Positions 12,143 through 24,875 of a DNA stretch of 64,000 nt are shown here, piece after piece. Within the stretch, counting starts at the first letter, position 1. Each line of letters opens with the position of its first letter. Position numbers and translations under genes: made by a program. Location: positions 1,038,234-1,102,233 of the forward strand of contig MU058669.1 in NCBI GenBank assembly GCA_013265495.1, read 5' to 3'. The DNA is from Vicugna vicugna (taxonomy: Eukaryota). A model generated the notes under the pieces. That model was not told the origin of the DNA, did not search any database, and was given only the letters and a program-made list of their open reading frames with translations.

Positions 12143-12193
12143 TGTGTGCAGGTGTGTGCATGTGCGTGCATGCGCACACACACACACACACAC
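12143..12193. repeat. (TG)n/(CA)n alternating purine-pyrimidine tract
   Basis: Seen directly in the sequence. Confidence 0.85.
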
Positions 12194-14499
12194 GTACGTG
12201 GGGCTCATCTTTAAATGATCCAGGTATAAAAAGACATCCAGTCCTAAACCATGAGGAATATAAATTTAATCTTTCTTCTCTGGCTTTGACTGACCTTAGG
12301 ATCTTAATGTGCAGGTCATCAAATCCAGCTCAGTTATCAAAGTACAGCAACTGGCTTGATGTGCTACTTAATGGAGTGTTACCAAGTAATAAATGCCAAT
12401 ATTTTAAACCCACCAAGGTCTTTAACGATCGTTGTATTAAGGGTTTCTCAAACTATATTCCACAAGAAACTTAGTTCTCAAGAAGTAAAAAATATGGAAC
12501 CAGAAGAAAAGTAATGTATATTCGGTCAAACAAACTTGAGACATATTTCATTTTATTTGAAAGCATCGTCGATCTTCTTAGAGCCTGTAATGGAGTAATG
12601 AGGACATGATCCTTGAAAACTTCAGGTTGTCACCTTCTACAGAAGTGGGGAAGGAATACATAGGTTTTTAAAAAATTATATTTAGCTATGGAATGGAACA
12701 TACTATCCTCTCCTGGAACACAATTTTGGTAACAGGGGTTATTCCAGGCTACTTGTTTCACACACAGGTGTATAGGCAAAGAGACGAGCTGTTTTTGTTT
12801 TTTTTTTTAACACAGGATTATTGCCAATTTTTGGCACAGCCAGGACCAGAATCTGAGAACTCAAGAGGGATTTAAGGCATTGCCCTGACCCTGTCACATG
12901 TCCTTGCTTGGACTGACAAATCATATTTTTGAGTGTGTTTGGGGAATCAAAACATATCATGTTTAAATTCAGGTTTTCTTTTCATCCTCGCTTCTTTTTT
13001 TCTCTCTGTTGTAGAGTCAGAAATGCAAATAATAAAGCTCCGTAAATAATAGCTCTCTCAGGTTTAAAAAAAAATAAAAGGAAGAAAGAGGTCCGATTTT
13101 AAGGTTATTCAAAGACATAAATAATTTGTGATTATTGCCTGAGTTTTTCAGGCCATAAAAGCTCCCTGGGGCTTTTGTCTCCTGTCTTTTAGATCCTGGG
13201 TACTGTTCATGGGTGTCAGAGTGGGTTGAGCATGGAGGGTGAACAGCCCCATCAAAATCCTTGGTGATTTGTGTGGAAACTCGTGGTTCCTCCAGCTTCG
13301 CTACCAGGGCGTTTTTCGCTCCAGACGCTGTGATTATGAAATGTCATCGTGGAAACAGTTCAATATTCTCTCAAAAATATAAAAGCAACTGAAATGAAAA
13401 ACTACCCAGAATCTCGAGCTCTCTTAAAGTCCGAGCTTTCTATAGATCCAAGCAGATTGATTTTTGTGGAGGATGGTGTGCACACCTGTCCCCTAAAAAT
13501 CATCTCTCTTCCACTCCATGATGTGCCCAAAGTTCCTCCATTAGGGAGACACAAGGCCCCTATTAGGAGTACAAATATTAGCAAACAACTTAGTGGAGTC
13601 TGTTTGACAGAGGATAGCACAGATGTAGAGAAAGTCAGGTCTGGTGTGTCTAGAAATTTGCTCATTGTCACCTCCATACCTACCACGTGTCGGCAGCGTT
13701 CGATATACAGTGGAGTATTTTATCAGACTTAAAACTGGACAATCAGAAGGACATGTCTGATGGAATCACATACAGGGGTTTCACTTACTGAATTGAATTA
13801 TGTCTGTGTTGAACTAGAAAGACTGAGAGCAACAGGGGATTTAAATGGTTGCCTTTTAAACATGACTCTTCCCTTTACCCTTGGCATGTCCAGGAGTCAG
13901 TGTGAGCTGGAGCAAGTCCAGGTGATGCTGCCAGAGTGGGGCTCGGGCCCTCCAGTGCTTTCATGGTGGGGATATCTTGATATACTGGGTAAAAACCCGT
14001 ATATTTTTGTCCAGCATGGGAAAAAAAACAGTGAGAAAACGCCCATTCTTTATAACTACATTAAAAGATGTTTAAGGGTAATTTTAACAGTTCAAGATTT
14101 TCTAACCCACTGATTAGACACTTAGCCTCATACATGATCTGACTCTACTGAATTGGCCATCATTTGTTTACATATAACCTGATGTCCTGAGTGGTTACTT
14201 GTATGGTGTCACACAGTTGACGACATGAAGAACCAAATTTCCAAGAGGGCCTGCCTCGAAGAGCCAATCCCAGTCTTCTGTAACACACTGATATTGACAG
14301 GACAGTCACCAAGGATGGTGGAGATCTCCCTCTGTCTACCCCATACCCATTCCCCTTTCCTCCCCAGGAAAACATCCCTGTATTGTTCAACGGAAATTTA
14401 CCTAGCTGTCAGTGAATAGGTATGACTTATGTGTGGAAGTCATCGGTTAGGACCTGAAATTCTGAATTTGACTTTCCTGGGTGCTACACTCTTTTGTTC

Positions 14500-14766
14500 T
14501 TTTTTGCTCCCTTCTTCCAGCTTTCTGGAATATTCACTTAATGACTGGAACTTCAGCAGCCATTAAGGACCATGAGGCAACCTAGAGGAGAGCAGTCATT
14601 CAGTAGAGTTGGTAAAAGGGAGAAGAGAGATCCTGAGTCCCTGATGACTGGATGTCCATCTCTCTATGTCTTTAACATGAGAGGAAAATCAATTCATGTC
14701 TCACTTAAGGCAGTGTTATTTTGGGTGTCTGTCACTATCAATTTTAAAGAATTCCTAAATGATATA
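14500..14766 (+). mobile_element. MaLR (MLT1-type) LTR, decayed
   Basis: gcagccattaaggaccatgagg...gagtccctgatgac...cttaaggcagtgttattttggg...cctaaatgatata. Confidence 0.6.
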
Positions 14767-14897
14767 CTACAGTTTTCATAAACACTTCTATTATAAAATC
14801 CTTGAGCAATCATAGAAGAATTCAATTTTAGAGATAGAACAGACTCTAATTTGATCCAACTGCCTTATTCTTTGGACTGGAGTAATGAATGCCAGTT

Positions 14898-15200
14898 ATT
14901 CATTCATTTAACAAAGTTATCAAGTGGATAAAACATATCAAGTTCAGGGAAACTGAAATAAAGAGACAGCTCTTTCCTTCAAAGAACTTACCATCTAACT
15001 CAGGAGGTCAGTAGGGAAGAAAAACTTAAAATTCAGCCATTTAAGAGCTATAATGGAAGAGTATACTAGGATATTTTAGGAATATAGAAGTAGATTACCT
15101 AATTCAACTTTGGAAGGGCTGGGTGACCTCAGGAAATTCTTTTAAAAGAAATGAGCCCAGGGGCCAAGGCTCTGAGGAAGAGTAGAAAGTTAAATAGAAG
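14898..15200 (-). mobile_element. L2 fragment
   Basis: attcattcatttaacaaag...ccttcaaagaacttaccatcta. Confidence 0.6.
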
Positions 15201-16076
15201 AAAAGCAACTGGCCAACACCACATAACAAACTTGTAACAAGGTTAGAGCCTCAACCCCAGGGTCTTAAATCTTCCTGCTTTGTTCTTGCTACCATATCAG
15301 CTACTGAAAATGTTCTTTTATAGCCATATCTTGACTTTATCCATTTTACTGAACCATCCGATGATTCCTCTTCTCTACAGTGAATAACCACACTGGTGAG
15401 CAACTGAGGCTTCAGGACAACTTGGGGAAAATATTAATGAGACATATTTTTAAAAGTAGAAAATTAGGTAAATTTTGATTTTAAAAAGTGCGCATGTTCA
15501 TTATAAAAAGGGTGATAATTCAGAAAAGCATAAGAAAGAAATACCTGAATTGCCATCATCACAGCAGGTCTGGTTTAAAATAACAGAATCTCTTAACTTA
15601 GTACTTTTAATGTGTGCTCATGAAAGGAAGGAAGGAAGGGAGGGAGGAAGAGACTATCCTTACATCTTCTATTACCTGCTTTATTAAACATGCACCATGG
15701 AATACCCTCAGGCATCAGGAGAGGTCAGGCAGATCAGGCTTCACCCACCACCGCCTCAAGGTAATACTCAGACTCCAAACTGAACGATTCAGCTTTTATC
15801 TTTTTTATTTGTTTACAAATGAGATTGAGGGCCATAGTAGCTCAAAACAGGTTAGAGTAGATGAAAAGCCAGAGACAGGTGCACAGGTAGGCAGGCCAGT
15901 GAGTTGGTATCTCCCAAAATGATATCCTCCAAACATTAAAGAGCTGCAGATGCAGGCAGAGCAAAGCAAGAGGAAGGCTGGTGGTGGCGATGCTCAGTGC
16001 CCTTCCATTGTCTGGGGAAATTCAACTCTGGGCCAAACCAGCACCCACGACTCAATCACCCTCTTTAGGAAGAACT

Positions 16077-16435
16077 TGTATTTGGTAGGATGCTTTTGGC
16101 TACAGGTAACAGACACTAGTTCATATTGGCTTAATAATGAGGACACTTACCACTGTATGTGATAGGAAACCCAGAGGTAGGCAGGGTTCAGAACTAGCTG
16201 ATTCAATGTAACCCAGCAAGAAAGCATCCAAATTCTTTCTTTTTCCATCCTCACTGTTGTCCTCAGGCTGTCCCCTCTTGTTCACTAGATGGCTTCCAAT
16301 AGCAAATGAGTTATCCCAGCAAAGGTCAGAAAGAGAAACCTATTTGATGCAAACCTTTCCTTCAGTCTGATAGGGTTAGCATAGGTCATACACACACCTG
16401 TTCCAATAACATACTCCTAAGGAATAGCAAAATCT
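16077..16435 (-). mobile_element. MaLR (MLT1-type) LTR, decayed
   Basis: tgtatttggtaggatgcttttggctacaggtaacagacac...ggcttaa is a typical antisense MLT1 end. Confidence 0.6.
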
Positions 16436-16443
16436 GGTTAAAC

Positions 16444-17001
16444 CAGAGATTTGCAAACTATTTCTGGAAAGGACCAAATAATAAAAAATTTAGGCTTTGT
16501 GGGATGTACAGTCTCTGTCACAAATATTGAACCCTGCCATCATAGTGGTATGTAAATGAGCATGGGTATGTTCCAATAAAACTTTATTTATGTATATGAA
16601 AAGGTCACAATAGGAAACTCTATAGATACAGAAAGTAGATTAGTGGCTGCCTTGGGTTTGAGGGGTTGGGGGCATACACGGAGTTTCTTTTGAGGATAAA
16701 GAAAACCTAAAATTGATGGTGGGTGATGATTGCACAACCCTGTGAATATACTAAAAGCCATTGAATTATATACTTAAAATGAGTGAATTATACAGTATGT
16801 GAATTATACATCAACAAAGCTGTTTAAAAAAAAACTTCAGGGACACTGAAATTTGAATTTCATATAATTTTCACAAGTCAAGAAATACTATTCTTCTTTG
16901 GATTTTTCCCCCCAACCATTTAAAACACAGAAACAGTCGTTAGCTTGCAGGCAGTGGTGGCTGGCCAAATTTGGCCCATTGGCTTGAGCTGACCAATCCT
17001 G
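16444..17001. mobile_element. MER58B-like hAT element interrupted by an L1 fragment
   Basis: Left arm ...gttccaataaaactttatttatg resumes at gacactgaaatttgaatttcatataattttcac and ends ccaatcctg. Confidence 0.85.
16592..16836 (+). mobile_element. Old L1 (L1MB-type) 3' end nested in MER58B
   Basis: tctatagatacagaaagtagattagtggctgcc...gtgaatatactaaaagccattgaatt...aaagctgtttaaaaaaaaa. Confidence 0.88.
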
Positions 17002-17789
17002 GCTTGGATCCATCGAAATGCCCTTCTAGAGGTAGGAAAGGAGTGTACCTCTTCTGAGTCAAATGAGGGGAAATCTCACACTTGAAAAAGTCAGGAGTGC
17101 ATTAGGGAGGAAGCAAAGAGAAATGGATGGCAGGGAGGCAAACAGGTATGCCCCTTGAGACAATTTAGGAAACATCTCTTATTGATCCTGGGGCATGAAA
17201 CTTTATCTGCAAACACTTTATCAAAATATTCTTTCAATCCTTTCTACTACCCTGGAGGAATTCTCATAAATAAAAATTTTCTCCATCTCATTATATTTCC
17301 AATGAAACATGAATATCCTCACAGATGCTCCCAAGGGGGCCAGAGATCAAGGGTACCTTTCTTATCAGAGGCAGACACGGGGACAAATAAGCCATTTTGA
17401 GTCATTCCCCGTGGGTGACGCTACTGAAACAGAGCTTCTGGGACTTAGGTCACTTGCCTCTGTGGCAAGTAATTTAAGAAAAACTTCTGTTTTATTCCTT
17501 TTGCTTCTATTCTGGCTTTGGAATTTGCCTTCCAGAGTTTGAGAGGAAATGGGATGCATTACAAAGATCACAGACAGAAATTCAAGAGACCTGGCCTCAA
17601 ATTGCTGCATGCCCTTGGGGCAGTCCCCTTACCTACTAAATAGACAGTGATGAGTGCAACAAGAACATAAAGGTAAATTGCTCTTCTGAGTCTGAAGGAC
17701 ACGCAGATGATCCCTCGTAGTTTGGAGGAGAGAAGAGGGTTCTTAGAGCAAGAGCAGGTGAAATAAGTCTTCAGGCAGTGGTGGTAATT

Positions 17790-18460
17790 GAGAGGGCGGC
17801 GAAGGGGCCTCAGGTGGCAAGAGTATGGGATTGATTGAGGGTTGGGGGAGCCTGCAGGAATGCTGGGAGGGGAGGAGCGTGGAGGTGGAGCTGGGAGGGG
17901 GAGTTCTGGATGGATCAGAGGAGGGAGTGGGCGGTTCTCGGGGGCGGGGCGGGGCGGAGCTGCGAGGGCACAGGACGCTCACCCGCCGCTCTGCCCGCTG
18001 CCCCCGCTGCGGCCCCAGATCTCCGCTCTCTGGGGGCAGCTCCCTGCCGCAAGTCCGCCATCTTTGTCTCCTAGCTGCCCTTTCGCTCACGTTCAGTTCC
18101 CCACCCCACGAAGAAGGACGGAGTCGCCTGCTCCAGTGTGTTGAGGCAAGTGTATTTCACTTAAAGTGAACAAAATTGAGTTCCTTGGCTTTATAAACTC
18201 CTGGTGCACACTCCATATGTTTTCTCATGGCTTTCTGGAAAAAGCTCTGCCGTAACCGTCTCGACCAAGCAGGCAGGTGAACGGAAGGCCGCTCAGTGTT
18301 TCCAAAGGGAGTGACCGGTCTCCTTTCGGGAAAGAGAATTTTCCAGAAGGTAGTTGAGAGCAGAGGACGGTGTCGGGGTGGAGGGTAGGGAGTTCCCTCA
18401 GGGACCATCAGCGGGGCCGCTTTTCAGGCTAACGGAGTTGGGTACTGAGGAAAGCGAGCT
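17790..18460 (+). promoter_or_regulatory. Small CpG island and probable promoter of an unidentified transcript
   Basis: Sharp CpG/GC rise. Tandem GC boxes ggggcggggcggggcgg at 17941-17957, YY1 motif ccgccatcttt at 18055-18065, candidate donor GAG|GCAAGT at 18145. Orientation is inferred. Confidence 0.75.
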
Positions 18461-18849
18461 AAAAAGCTTGCCTTAGAGATTTTTGCAGGGACGCTACCAT
18501 TTGCAGTAATGGAGCAAGCCCTCTACTCATCTAATTGGAAAGAACTGTGGGTGGAGTGGGGCAAAGGCAGGGGGAGAGCAGGTGTTACCAGTTACTCAGG
18601 CTGACGCCTGATGAGCCTGGAGGGAGGAGTCAGTGGGCTGCCCTGTGCCTCCAAGAGATTGGGAAGGACACTGTTTCCCTGCTCCGAAAAATGCCCAGGT
18701 GAGGACTTGGGAGCTCAGCTTGAGAATTGAAATAGTTTGGATTCTGTATGCTTTGCAGCATCCTCAGGACGCCAGTGCCTTTTGAGAAACAACGTATGTA
18801 AGTGAGTCTCTGTTCAGTAGAGCCCTATTGAAATCGCTGCGTACGGTTT

Positions 18850-19090
18850 CTGAACCTCAGTTTTTTCATCTATAAAACGGAATAATTATACTCTACCTCC
18901 TGGGTTTGTTGTGAGGATGATGTAAGAGATACTGTCTTGATACAGGTCAGCTTATCTAATCCTCACCACGGCCCTAGAAGCAGGGACTATTAGCATGCCC
19001 ATTTTAAAAGTGAGGACACTCAGGTACCCGGTTACATGGTAGAGCTGAGATTTGAACCCGGGCAGCTTGACTTCAGAGCCTGAGCCCCGT
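18850..19090. mobile_element. Two MIR fragments in opposite orientation
   Basis: ctgaacctcagttttttcatctataaaacgg (+), then cccattttaaaagtgaggacactcagg...gatttgaacccgggcag (-). Confidence 0.8.
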
Positions 19091-19531
19091 GTTGTGCGTC
19101 TTGGTGCATCATTAGGACTCAACAAATAGGGGTTGGATAATGTTGGTGTGCACAATTTTATAAAAATCCCTTTTCTTAGTGTCAAAAGGCTCCCAGACTC
19201 TGAAAAACCGTGGGGGCATAAGAAGAGAAAGGGAGAAAGAAGGGGCACATGCAGGAAGGGCCTGTTGCTTTTCTGGAATTGGGATGGGCTGGACCAGGTG
19301 GATGCTCACAGCACTCCTGCCTGCTGGTGCAGCCAAGTGTCTGTGGAGTTGGGTTCAGGACCAAGAAGGCATGGGTGAGCTGGGTAGCTGCTAGGCTTTA
19401 TGTCAGATTCTACTCTGATGTGCTTTGGGAGGTTTGGAAAGACCTTGGGAAAGTCCTCAAACCATTGTGAGTCTCCATCATTCTGTACGAAGGGGATAAT
19501 CCTTTCTGTTTTCCCTCAGAATAAGCTTTTG

Positions 19532-20576
19532 TTTTTGTTTATTATTCATTCATTTATTCATTTCAGTTCATTGAGATGTAATTGACACAGAGCCCTATGT
19601 AAGTTTAAGGTGATTTGACTTACATATGTTGTGAAGTGATAACCACAGTAAGTTTAGTTAATATCCAACATCTCATACAGTAGATAGGAAAAAAAAAAGG
19701 AGAAGAAGAAAAAAATTTGTGATGAGAGCTCTTGGGATTTACTCTAACAACTTTCAAATTTCTGGTACAACAGTGTTAACTATAGTTGTCATGTTGCATT
19801 CATTCCATCCCTAGTACTTGTTTATCTTACAAGTGAAAGTTTGTACCTTTTGACCACCTTTATCTATGTTTGCTGCCCCCAAGTCCCTGCTTCTGATAAC
19901 CTCAGAATCTAATTTCTTTCACAGCCTCCCAGGTGTTCTTGGTCAGCTACAGCCAGCAGCGGGCTGCACTGTGACTCAGCTCCCCAGCCTGGGAAGGGGC
20001 AGACCAAGCTCCAGGGCGAGCACATCTGTGTGTTGAGGAGCCGAATGAGGCAGAAGGACACCTTGCCGAGTTCCCCGGTCAGCCTGCACCACTGTCTTGA
20101 ATCCGCAGATGAGCAAAGCTGCCGGTTTGAACAACCACGTGGGTTGTGCAGGTAGGAACTTGATCTGCCAAGATGCAAATGTCGGTTGTTTCAAGTGCCT
20201 CCCCACTTCTTTGTCACCATCAGATTCCTGATGGTCAAGCCTCACAGGTTCCCCCACAATACCTGTGGGGCGAGACCAGTGTACAGGCTCTCAAGAAGAC
20301 TGGGGAAGCTGGATGTCCACCCTCTCTTTCCTCGTTGGAGGAACCACAGGGGAAACCTCCCAGTATAGTGCTGTGCTGACCTGGGGGACGGACCAGCTCC
20401 TCTTACCTTTCCAGTGTTGTCTATCTTGGTTTCTGTGATGCAGGGGGTGCTTCAGCCTCACCTCCATGTTCTAGGATTCTCTCAGTGGTGACTTGTCCAC
20501 GAATAGTTGCTAGTTATTCTTCCTGTGCTGGGGAGAAAAGTCAGGAACTACCTGTGTTGCCATCCCAGTGACGTCC
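19532..20576 (-). mobile_element. Internally deleted L1 derivative: 5'UTR-like segment joined to 3'UTR
   Basis: 19560-19918 is an L1MA-type 3' end. 19920-20576 resembles an L1 5' end (gttgccatccc, decayed YY1 terminus). Degenerate TSD aataagcttttg / agtaaggttttg. Confidence 0.65.
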
Positions 20577-21739
20577 AGTAAGGTTTTGAATGTCTCATGC
20601 CAATACGGAGGTGGGCAGGGTGGGGGGAGTATTATGTTAGGAAAACACGACATTCATCTGAGTGGTGGAAAGACAGTTGAGTTTAGTTATTCAACTCCTT
20701 TAACCATTTATTCGTTCATTCAGTAAATATTGACCCAATACCCATGTTGTGCCAAGGCTAGTGTTAAGAGCAGTGGAGACATGAGCTAAAGTCCCTGTGC
20801 TCAGGAGCATCATTGCAGAGGCAGATGGGCACACACAGTATGACACACGCCCTCGCAGTCATGGTATAAAGTGCTGTGGGAAGAGAACATGATTCCGACA
20901 GCTGGCTGGGTACCGATAAACCTAATTCTCGTGACTTCATCTGGTCACTATTTGTGCTATACACGGAATGAGCTGGGACTCTTAATTAGAACCCATTCCC
21001 AAGTTCTTCAGGCAAGAAGCAGAAAACCAAAGATCAAGATAACACCACGCATTTAATTTAACTTTTAACACTTTATAGAAGGACTGGAGAGCAGTCCACC
21101 CTCTCTCACTTTCTCTGATTTCGCACCTGCTTCTGGGAGATGATCATAGACATATTAGTCATTCAAAATGTACCACCTTGGGAGGATCCTGAAGATAAGA
21201 TAGTCCTCATCTTAAACATAAGGACCTGGGGTCCACAAGGACATGCCCAGGCTCAGGTGAGAAAGACATACTCACTTCATGCAATGTTGCATTTGATGTT
21301 TTAGACAGAATTTTTAACCAGCAAAAGGGTTCAAAGGGTTTATATTTTATGAACGAAAATAGCTTGTTTTAGTCAAGTTCTGATTCTTCCAGCAAAGTAG
21401 TGCTTGAGTCCTGGTGATGTGTATAAATGACGCCATGACCCTGGGTGGTAGCAGGTCTGGGGAAACAGCCATCACCATGAAGGGGCATGTGGGTCAATGT
21501 GAGGGCATCAGGTTAGAGCTTAATACTGTCTCTTCAACCAGTGACACAGACTCAGGACCTGGGGCCCTGCTAGCCTTTGCCCAGAACATGACATCCAGAT
21601 ATGCTTTCCTACCCAGAATGGCTGCCTGAGTTCCATTCCCTGTTCCATCAACCTTATTGTTGAGTAAATCAAATTAATTATAGTACTGAAAGCCCAGTAT
21701 AAATTGCTGTATTCAACAAGGAGAAGGTACAGTCATTAA

Positions 21740-22990
21740 TATTCATTAATTTAACACATTTTTGGATTTCTCTTAGATGAAGGGCACTGTTGGAGGACTG
21801 AGGATACAGTAATGAATAAAAAATGTCCTTGACCTAATGGAACCTGTAGTATAGGGAAGGGAGACAAATGGATAAACATACACTTTGGTTTAAGCCAGTG
21901 AATGATAAATGTTATTAATGAAAAATTCAGTAAAAATAGACCTTTAAGAAGGAAGGAAGGTGTCACTTTAGATATGTGATATGCAACTGCTTCTTTAAGG
22001 AAATATCTTTGAACAGAATCTGAATGAAACAAAGTATTAGGTAAATATCTGAGAGGAAAGCTTTCCAGGCAGAGAAAACAGTCATTACAAAGGCTCTGAT
22101 ACAAGCTGGATTTCTTGTTCTGGAAAAGACTAAGGGCAGAGTGGTTAGGATAGAATGAACAGAGGGAAGAGAGGTAGAAAGTGAAGTTGGAAGCATGGTC
22201 AAAGGCCAGACCTGGTAGGGCTTTGAAGTCCATGGTAAGAACTAATATTTATGTATGTGTAAATTAACAAGTCATTAGAGCGCTTGATCTGGGGAATGGC
22301 ATGATCTGATTTACATTAAAAAATTTTTTTTATTGAAGTACAGTTACTTACAATGTGTCAGTTTCTGGTGCACAACATAACATCCCAGTCATGCATATAC
22401 ATACATATATTTGCTTTCATATTCGTTTTCATTAAAGGGTACTGCAGTATATTGAATATAGTTACCTGTGCTATACAGAAGAAATTAGGTTTTTATATAT
22501 AGTGGTTAAGATTTGCAAATCTCTAACTCCCAGATTTATCCTTTCCCACCCCTAGTAACCATACAATTGTTTACTACGTCTGAGAGTCTGTTCTTGCTTT
22601 CTATATGAGTTCATTAGTGTCCTCTTTTTTCTTTTTAGATTCCACTTATGAGTGATATATATTTTTCTTTCTCTTTGTAACTTCACTGAGAATGATGATC
22701 TCCAGGTCCATCCATGTTGCTGCAAATGACATTATTTTATTCTTTTTTATGGCTAAGTAGTATTCTATTGTACAAATATACCACAACTTCTTTATCCAGT
22801 CGTCTGTCGATGGACATGTAGGTTGCTTCCATGTCTTGGCTATTGTATATAGTGCTGCTGTGAACATTGGGATGCAGGTGTCTTTTTGAATTAGAGTTCC
22901 CTCTGGGTATATGCCCGGGTAATTTACTTTTAAAGGATCACTTTAGTTTCTGTGGTGCGAGTAGACTGTACCAGGATTAAAGTGAGAGGT
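21740..22990 (-). mobile_element. L2 fragment split by a young L1
   Basis: ttccaggcagagaaaacag...tagggctttgaagtccatggtaag...atgatctgatttac, resuming taaaggatcact after 22930. Confidence 0.8.
22321..22921 (-). mobile_element. 5'-truncated young L1
   Basis: ORF 22646-22867 is the L1 ORF2p C-terminus (MFTAALYTIAKTWKQPTCPSTDDWIKKLWY). Degenerate TSD atttacatt/atttacttt. Confidence 0.95.
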
Positions 22991-23899
22991 GTGTAAACTA
23001 CAGTCTTTCTGGAGTCAGCCTGAATAAGAGTGCTGAGATGCATAAGTGGGGTCTGCCACGGGTGGGTAGTGGGGGTGGGTGCAGGGAGGTAGGTAGCACC
23101 CGTGCCAGTGTCTCCACCTTGGAAGAAAGTTCAGGTTTAGCAGTTAAACTACCACTGCCTAGATGTTTCACCAGGTGCAAGTCACTTACTGTGGGTGTCA
23201 CCTTCTTCCTCTGTCAAGTGGATAAAAGCATCTCTTAGGGACTTCTGAGTATCACAAGAGACACCATGTTGTCTAACACATCAATGTACCATAGCTGTGA
23301 AATGTTGTTTATTGCACGTCTAAATTTATGGAGAAGCAAACTGAGTCCCACAGAAGAGCAGGCTTTGTTCAGCCATCTGGCTTGTTACTGACAAGACCTG
23401 GAGCAGGCACCTAGCTTCTCATTCCCTGAGCAGCCTCAGGATAGAAAGGATGGAGAAGACTGAGGGCAAGGAAATTAGGGAAGGCTCAGAGAGGCATCCA
23501 AACTTGAATCAGGCCCCCCCCTTTTTTTTTCCGGTCCTCCTCTCTGAGGATACATCACAAAGCAACTGCTCATTCTCCATGCCTTTTCACAGGTACTACC
23601 TAAAGATAACACATCAACATGGACCATTTGCTCAGGAGCATCTCCCTTGGGTCTTCCCATCCATCATTTTTCTATATGTTTTTTTCTGCTTACACCAGGC
23701 TACCACCTCTGTCCCAGATTCGAAGGAGAGGTTTGACAGCCCCTTCCATGCTGTGTGGTTGCCTCCTCCCAGGCTGTGTGTGTGTGTGTATATGAGGGGA
23801 TTGGTGGAGTTCCTCATTACGGAGTCTCTCACTGGTAATGCTTTCTTCTGTCACTGGCTGCCCATATACACTTCCTCGAATCATAGCGTACTTGTCCAG

Positions 23900-24025
23900 T
23901 TGCTCAGTGTACAAAGGAGGAAGCTGAGGCATAAGGGCCAGGGACCCAGCCAAGGTCACACAGCAAATTGAAGGCAGAGCTAGGACTAGACCTCATGTCT
24001 CTTGATTCCTAACCCGGTGCTCATC
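23900..24025 (-). mobile_element. MIR fragment
   Basis: gaggaagctgaggcataag...ccaaggtcacacagcaaattgaaggcagagctaggactaga. Confidence 0.75.
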
Positions 24026-24634
24026 CCTTACCCTTTTCTGTTGCAAGATGGATGACTGAGCCCTCTTTTCATCTTCTGCAAAGATGGAACAATATATATA
24101 CAGGGAAAGCTCTGAGGAGTGATGAAGTGAGGGTAGTACACGGATAAAGCAGGAGAGAAATCATCTTCAGAAAGCCCGAGGGATGAAATTATTGGCTATC
24201 TCAAGTGAGGTTAAGCCCTGCAGTTTCTCTCAGCCTCCTCTTCCAGTTACCCTCCGTCATTTTGCACTGGTGACACATAGCCCCATGGCGCATCATCTCT
24301 CCCCATGAGGGATGGTACGGAGAAGGTCATTTATCCTTCTCTCCACTTTGCACCAGGACCAGGTGCAGACAGATCACTAAAAAGGCTTGGAAGGCGAGTC
24401 AGTAACACCCCAGTCAAAGTAGGAATAATACAATGTCTGAAAGGGCAGGACTTTTATCTCAGAGGCTTCCCCTTCCAGCCCTTCCCAGCTGACAAGTCAT
24501 TTACACGTTTCAAGCTTCCAGGGGCTCCTGCTATGTCAAGCAGGAATTTCCAGCCTGCCTGAAGCTAGGGGCTGAGTCAGAAACTGTACGTGCCCCCAGG
24601 GCAAGGGCTAGGGATGAAGTGAACATCTTGAAAC

Positions 24635-24875
24635 AGAGGCAGTAGAGCAGAAGGAAGAGTGTGGACCCTGGAGCCAGAACTTGTGGCTCAGAATCCAGCT
24701 CTGCCCTCCAGTCCAGTGTTCCTAGGCAAGCCACACAAGCTTCTGTGCCTCAGTTTCCTCGGCTGAAAATGGAGATCACGTAGTATCTACGTCGTAGGGT
24801 TTTTGTGAGCTTTGGTTCGGTGAGAATGATAAACTCTTAGCCACAGTGACCACCACAATTGATGCTTTTGTTATT
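24635..24875 (+). mobile_element. MIR, near full length
   Basis: gaggcagtagagcagaaggaagagtgtggaccctggagccaga...ctgtgcctcagtttcctc. Confidence 0.8.

Noticed and set aside
13349..14113. Adjacent 127-aa and 117-aa ORFs
   Set aside because: No recognisable motifs or convincing exon boundaries.
18227..18280. Short ORF MAFWKKLCRNRLDQAGR in the CpG island
   Set aside because: Weak donor (gtgaac), weak Kozak context and no recognised protein.
23450..23971. 173-aa ORF
   Set aside because: Spans a (TG)n tract and a MIR, with no recognisable homology.
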